Positions 59,714 through 64,000 of a stretch of 64,000 bases of DNA are shown here, piece by piece; positions within the stretch are counted from its first letter, which is position 1, and each line of letters begins with the position of its first letter. A model generated the notes under the pieces. It was not told the origin of the DNA. It saw only the letters and a list, made by a program, of their open reading frames with translations, and searched no databases. The stretch spans positions 64,001-128,000 of the forward strand of contig CAWEJX010000007.1 in assembly GCA_963809485.1 (NCBI GenBank). Reading direction: 5' to 3'. This DNA comes from an uncultured Acidobacteriota bacterium (GTDB lineage Bacteria; Acidobacteriota; UBA6911). The translations under genes were made by a program, and so were the position numbers.

Positions 59714-60057
59714 CGTTATCCCCCCTGTTTCTGCAAATAGAATATCCCTGGTACGCAACGAATATGAAAACCTGTTGATGCCGCTGACTGGCCGGGAATC
59801 GGCTACCGAAAATCGCTCCCATTATCGCACGTTTGCAGGCAATCCATGCAGGATCATGAGCAATTTCAGAACGGCCGCCGCCACGCCCCTGCCATCCGCA
59901 TTGCGGATCGATTGGTACCTTGCGGAACTCTGCTTCAGAGCCGTCATCCCTGCCTTTTAGGATTCCACTTCCTCCTTCCGTTTCAGCAGCCTATAATGAG
60001 GCCCAAGAACCACCAATTTCTGCCATGCGGCATGGAAATTTTCGCTCGGAGGAATTC

Positions 60058-62700
60058 ATGCCCGAAATCGGCCAAAACCTTTCGCACTATACCCTCGTGA
60101 GGAAGATCGGCGAGGGCGGTATGGGGGAAGTTTTTCAGGCGAGGGATCAGAGACTAGGCAGGGATGTGGCCATTAAAGTCCTGACGAGGGAGTTCGCCAG
60201 GGACACCGACCGGATCGCCCGATTCCAGCGCGAAGCCATACTGCTTGCTTCTCTTAACCATCCCCACATCGCCGCCATATACGGGCTGGAGGAATCCGGC
60301 GGAACCGATTTCCTTGTTCTTGAACTGGTCGAAGGCGAAACGCTGGCGGACCGGATAAAGACCGGTCCTATCCCTTTCGAGGAATCCCTGAGATTGGCCC
60401 TCCAGATCGCTGAGGCTCTCGAAGCCGCACATGAAAAAGGCGTTATCCACAGAGACCTCAAGCCGGCAAACATCAAGGTGACTCCCAAAGGCACGGTGAA
60501 GGTGCTCGACTTCGGATTGGCGAAAGCCTTCGCCGGTGACAGAACCGAGGACCCTTTGGGCTCCGCCGCATTAAACAGGCCGGCGACACAGTCAGGTGTC
60601 ATCCTTGGAACGGCCGCATATATGTCCCCCGAGCAGGCGCGGGGCGAGAGAGTAGACCAGAGAGCCGACATCTGGACCTTTGGCGTGGTGCTGTATGAGA
60701 TGTTGACCGGCGGGCAGCTATTTGGCGCCGCGACCTTTCCGGAAACAATCGCTGCCGTGCTGACAAAAGAGCCTGAATTGGAGAAAATTCCCGCCGCAGT
60801 GCGTCCTTTGCTACGCCGGTGCCTTCAAAAGGACTCCAACAGGCGCCTGCGCGACATCAATGACGTGAAACTAGAGCTGGAAGAAGTTTTGGCAATTCCG
60901 AATGAGATGCCGGCTCCTTCGGTCGCTGTTGCGGAGCATCGGACGAAGCTGCGGATGATGCTTCCCTGGCTGGCGGCTGCACTGATTGCAGGCGGAATTA
61001 TTGCCGGCTCGACCGTTTGGAGGCTCAAGCCTCCAGAGCCTCATCCCATCGCGCGCTTTTCCTGCAGCCTCCCTGCAGATCAGACTTTTGTGCCCGACAC
61101 GCAGGTCATCGCCATTTCCCCGGACGGCAGCCGTTTTGTGTGCGCGACCAACCAGGGCCTATATTTGCGCATGATGGACCAGCTCCAGGGGAGGATCATT
61201 CCCGGAACGGAGGGCCAGGTCGGCAATCCATTCTTTTCGCCGGATGGACAATGGGTGGGATTTTGGTCCGAACGCGACCGGCACCTGAAGAAAATTCCAG
61301 TCAGCGGCGGATCACCGGTGACAATCTGCGCTGCAGCCCAGATCAACAACGTCCAGTGGAGTGCGCACAATGTAATTTTGTATGACGAAGATGCCAGACG
61401 CATCATGCGGGTTTCCGCGAACGGAGGCACTCCGGAAAAGATCCTTGAAAGCAAAAACGAGCACCTTTTTGCACCACAACTCCTGCCCGATGGGACAAAC
61501 CTGCTTTTGGCACTGAGCTCCGTTACCCGATATAGAGACCTGAAGGTTGCCGTGCAGTCTCTCGAATCGGGCACCCGTAAGGAACTGTTCGCGGGATGGG
61601 GAGCGCGCTTTCTCCATACCGGACACCTCGTGTACGTCCAGGGAGGAACCTTGTTCGCCGTTCCCTTCGACGCAGACAGGCTTGAGGTGACGGGAGATCA
61701 TGTTCCCATGGTCCAGGGTATTGCCGGGGCTCCGCCGAGATACGCCGTTTCTGATTCCGGCGCACTGATTTATATGCAGAGTGAAGGAGAATCAAGCGAG
61801 AAACGCCTTCTATTCTGGGTAGACCGGAACGGCAAAGAGGAAGCCCTCGACGCGCCGCCCCGCGCCTATGTGTATGCTCATCTCTCCCCCGATGCGACGC
61901 GGGTAGCCCTCGATATTCGTGACCAGGAAAATGACATCTGGATCTGGGACCTGGTCGGCAGGACGCTGGCCCGTCTCACTTTTGATCCCGGTATGAATTG
62001 GGGCGGGATCTGGACTCCTGATGGAAAAAGGCTGGTCTATAGCACCGAGCGAAATGGCGCGGCGAACATCTGGCTGAGGCCGGCGGACGGTTCCGGCTCG
62101 CCCGAGCCGCTGACCAATATGCCCGAGGCGGGACTGTTCGCGGAATCATTTTCACCCGACGGCAAGCAGCTCCTGATAACCGGACAAATCCCCCCGGTAA
62201 ACATAAGCCTCCTGAGCATTGGCGCCAGTGCGGCGCCCAAGCCATTGCTGGAAAGCAAATTCGACCAATTCAATGCCCAAATCTCACCGGACAGTCGCTG
62301 GGTGGCTTACCAGTCCGATGAAACGGGCCGCACGGAGATCTACGTGCGTCCCTTCCCGAATGTCAATACCGGACGTTGGCAGATTACGACCGAGGGGGGC
62401 ACGCGGCCCTCGTGGAACAAAAACGGGCGCGAAATCTTTTACTATCTGCCTCCGGGGACCATGATGCTGGTTCCTGTTGAAACGGGGACATCCTTCAAGG
62501 CCGGCGTGCCCAGAGTCCTCTTCAAAGGAGAATATCCGGCCCCGGTAAACAGAACGCAGTACTCCGTCACCCCCGACGGCAGGCGGTTCCTGATGATCAA
62601 GGATGCGGGCGCTAAATCCGGCATCGCCGCACTGCAACAGCAGGTAAACATAGTCCTCAACTGGACCGATGAACTGAAGCAATGGGTGCCGGTGAAATGA
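60058..62700 (+). CDS. Ser/Thr protein kinase with TM segment and PD40/TolB-like beta-propeller
   Basis: IGEGGMGEV, VAIK, HRDLKPAN, DFGLAK, YMSPEQ; repeated SPDG units; GGAGGA RBS. Confidence 0.93.
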   Translation: MPEIGQNLSHYTLVRKIGEGGMGEVFQARDQRLGRDVAIKVLTREFARDTDRIARFQREAILLASLNHPHIAAIYGLEESGGTDFLVLELVEGETLADRIKTGPIPFEESLRLALQIAEALEAAHEKGVIHRDLKPANIKVTPKGTVKVLDFGLAKAFAGDRTEDPLGSAALNRPATQSGVILGTAAYMSPEQARGERVDQRADIWTFGVVLYEMLTGGQLFGAATFPETIAAVLTKEPELEKIPAAVRPLLRRCLQKDSNRRLRDINDVKLELEEVLAIPNEMPAPSVAVAEHRTKLRMMLPWLAAALIAGGIIAGSTVWRLKPPEPHPIARFSCSLPADQTFVPDTQVIAISPDGSRFVCATNQGLYLRMMDQLQGRIIPGTEGQVGNPFFSPDGQWVGFWSERDRHLKKIPVSGGSPVTICAAAQINNVQWSAHNVILYDEDARRIMRVSANGGTPEKILESKNEHLFAPQLLPDGTNLLLALSSVTRYRDLKVAVQSLESGTRKELFAGWGARFLHTGHLVYVQGGTLFAVPFDADRLEVTGDHVPMVQGIAGAPPRYAVSDSGALIYMQSEGESSEKRLLFWVDRNGKEEALDAPPRAYVYAHLSPDATRVALDIRDQENDIWIWDLVGRTLARLTFDPGMNWGGIWTPDGKRLVYSTERNGAANIWLRPADGSGSPEPLTNMPEAGLFAESFSPDGKQLLITGQIPPVNISLLSIGASAAPKPLLESKFDQFNAQISPDSRWVAYQSDETGRTEIYVRPFPNVNTGRWQITTEGGTRPSWNKNGREIFYYLPPGTMMLVPVETGTSFKAGVPRVLFKGEYPAPVNRTQYSVTPDGRRFLMIKDAGAKSGIAALQQQVNIVLNWTDELKQWVPVK

Positions 62701-62784
62701 CACGGGAAGCTTCGGAATCACCCATTTCGGCACACCTGTCCTGTTTCAATTTCTGTGATGCGCTCTGTTCCAAATGGAGGAATA

Positions 62785-63324
62785 ATGAGAAGACTGTTAG
62801 TTTTTGTCCCCATGATTTTTTTATCCTGTTTTAGTGTCGGCTGTCAGCAGAACGGAAAGGCAGCGGGAGAAACAGTGGCAAACTCAGATACTTCATCCTG
62901 GCAAGTCACGCAGGTCGGCGTCGTCGTCAAGGACGTCAAACAGGTGGCAGAACGGCTGGCATCCCTCGGAATCGGACCCTTTCAGGAGATGGAGCTGCCC
63001 CCGGACAGGCAGGAGCTGTTCCGCGGCAAGCCGGCGCTCGCCGATGCCAGGATCATGGGCGCGACATTGGGAGGCATTCAGCTCGAACTGATCCAACCGC
63101 TGGCCAAAGAGTCGCCGCACCGCGAGTTTCTTGAAAGCAAAGGCGAGGGCATCCAGCACATCATGGTTGCCGTGGACGATATCGAAAAGGAGATCAAGCG
63201 GCTGACGGACAAAGGCTGCACCGTTTTGCTCGATATACGCATGCCCGGAGGGCACCACGGCGCATACATCGACCTGCACGCCGGCGGCATTATCGTGGAA
63301 ATGTTCCAGAAGAGACCCAAATAA
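62785..63324 (+). CDS. VOC/glyoxalase (methylmalonyl-CoA epimerase-like) protein with a lipoprotein signal
   Basis: MRRLL...SVGC lipobox; QVGVVVKD, LELIQP, GEGIQHI, IVEMFQ; GGAGG RBS. Confidence 0.82.
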   Translation: MRRLLVFVPMIFLSCFSVGCQQNGKAAGETVANSDTSSWQVTQVGVVVKDVKQVAERLASLGIGPFQEMELPPDRQELFRGKPALADARIMGATLGGIQLELIQPLAKESPHREFLESKGEGIQHIMVAVDDIEKEIKRLTDKGCTVLLDIRMPGGHHGAYIDLHAGGIIVEMFQKRPK

Positions 63325-63328
63325 GCCC

Positions 63329-63352
63329 GGCTGCCACACCGAACCGGCAGCC
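63329..63352. terminator. Hairpin between convergent genes
   Basis: ggctgcc-acaccgaacc-ggcagcc; no clear U-tract. Confidence 0.35.
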
Positions 63353-63398
63353 TGTTGCCGCATCTCTGAAGCTTTTAAGACATCCCCGTATCACGCAT

Positions 63399-63908
63399 TC
63401 ACTGAATCGATGGGGTCTCATCGGCTGTCGGCCCATAGATGGGGGGCAAGGGAACATTCTGCAATCGAAGATAAACGGACAACTGTCCGCGATGATGGAT
63501 CATGTGATTCAATATCATGGTGCGAATAACCGAGGTTCGAGGCATTTCAAAGATGATCTGCTCGCCCATTCTCAGGCGCCAAGAAGCCAACAGCCTTTCG
63601 TCCGGCTGCTTCTTCAAAGCTTCAACAGCGGTGGCGAGCGCCTGATCAAACAATTCCAAAATGCCGGCACGACTGTCGGGTTCCGGCGTTCCAAAACTTG
63701 ACGAAACGATATCGTAATCATCCTGATGCAAAACAGAATTCAGCAATTGGACAAGCCTGGCGATGTGGACAGCCAAATGCCCCATGGACATGGATTTTTC
63801 ATGCGGCTTCCATGCGAGTGTACTCTCAGGCAAGCGTTCCAGCAGTCTTCGGGTTGTGGCCGATTCCTGTTGCAGTTCCGTCAAGAAAGGTTGATTTAAG
63901 CTCATCAT
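63399..63908 (-). CDS. DinB/YfiT family protein
   Basis: TRRLLERLP...WKPHEKSMSMGHLAVHI...NHMIHHRGQLSVYLR...PPIYGP. Confidence 0.9.
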   Translation of the reverse strand: MMSLNQPFLTELQQESATTRRLLERLPESTLAWKPHEKSMSMGHLAVHIARLVQLLNSVLHQDDYDIVSSSFGTPEPDSRAGILELFDQALATAVEALKKQPDERLLASWRLRMGEQIIFEMPRTSVIRTMILNHMIHHRGQLSVYLRLQNVPLPPIYGPTADETPSIQ

Positions 63909-64000
63909 TTCTCCTCTCATCTTCCGGTAATTCTATAGTTTGCCGCGTCCATTTACTATAAAGGCTCCCTCGCTGAACTGCTACCTGATAAAGCGGGCAG

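Overview
GC-rich bacterial chromosome window, probably from an anaerobic Acidobacteriota member (inferred from the HAMP-PP2C phosphatase and Ser/Thr kinase-PD40 gene types; not proven). 1-7.5 kb (minus): an archaeal-type tetrahydromethanopterin/methanofuran (H4MPT/MFR) C1 cluster: afpA-like flavoprotein, DHPS-like gene, DUF447, mptG, mtd, ATP-grasp gene and fwdA/fhcA running off the left edge. 8-20 kb: an archaeal-like nucleotidyltransferase, an Npt-HEAT/cNMP/receiver module, a PAS-GAF kinase, a PP2C phosphatase and a PA-IL-like exported protein. 20-36.7 kb (plus): a Rex-controlled [FeFe]-hydrogenase island. It has hydC, a HydB fused to a GltD/NfnB-like module that replaces the usual ferredoxin tail, hydA, a sensory [FeFe] hydrogenase fused to a histidine kinase, three related output-less receivers, a REC-HK hybrid, and hydE-hydG-aspA-hydF. 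36.8-64 kb: accessory genes including a split flavocytochrome c, rubredoxin, a Wzt ATPase fused to a radical SAM domain, a multiheme cytochrome and several decayed genes. Non-coding structure includes three IS200-end-like miniature elements and a family of GGACACCCA sites, each bordered by stuttered duplications of its own flank. Three otherwise intact genes carry single-base frameshifts at or near short homopolymers, most likely assembly errors. No rRNA, tRNA, CRISPR array or transposase was recognised.
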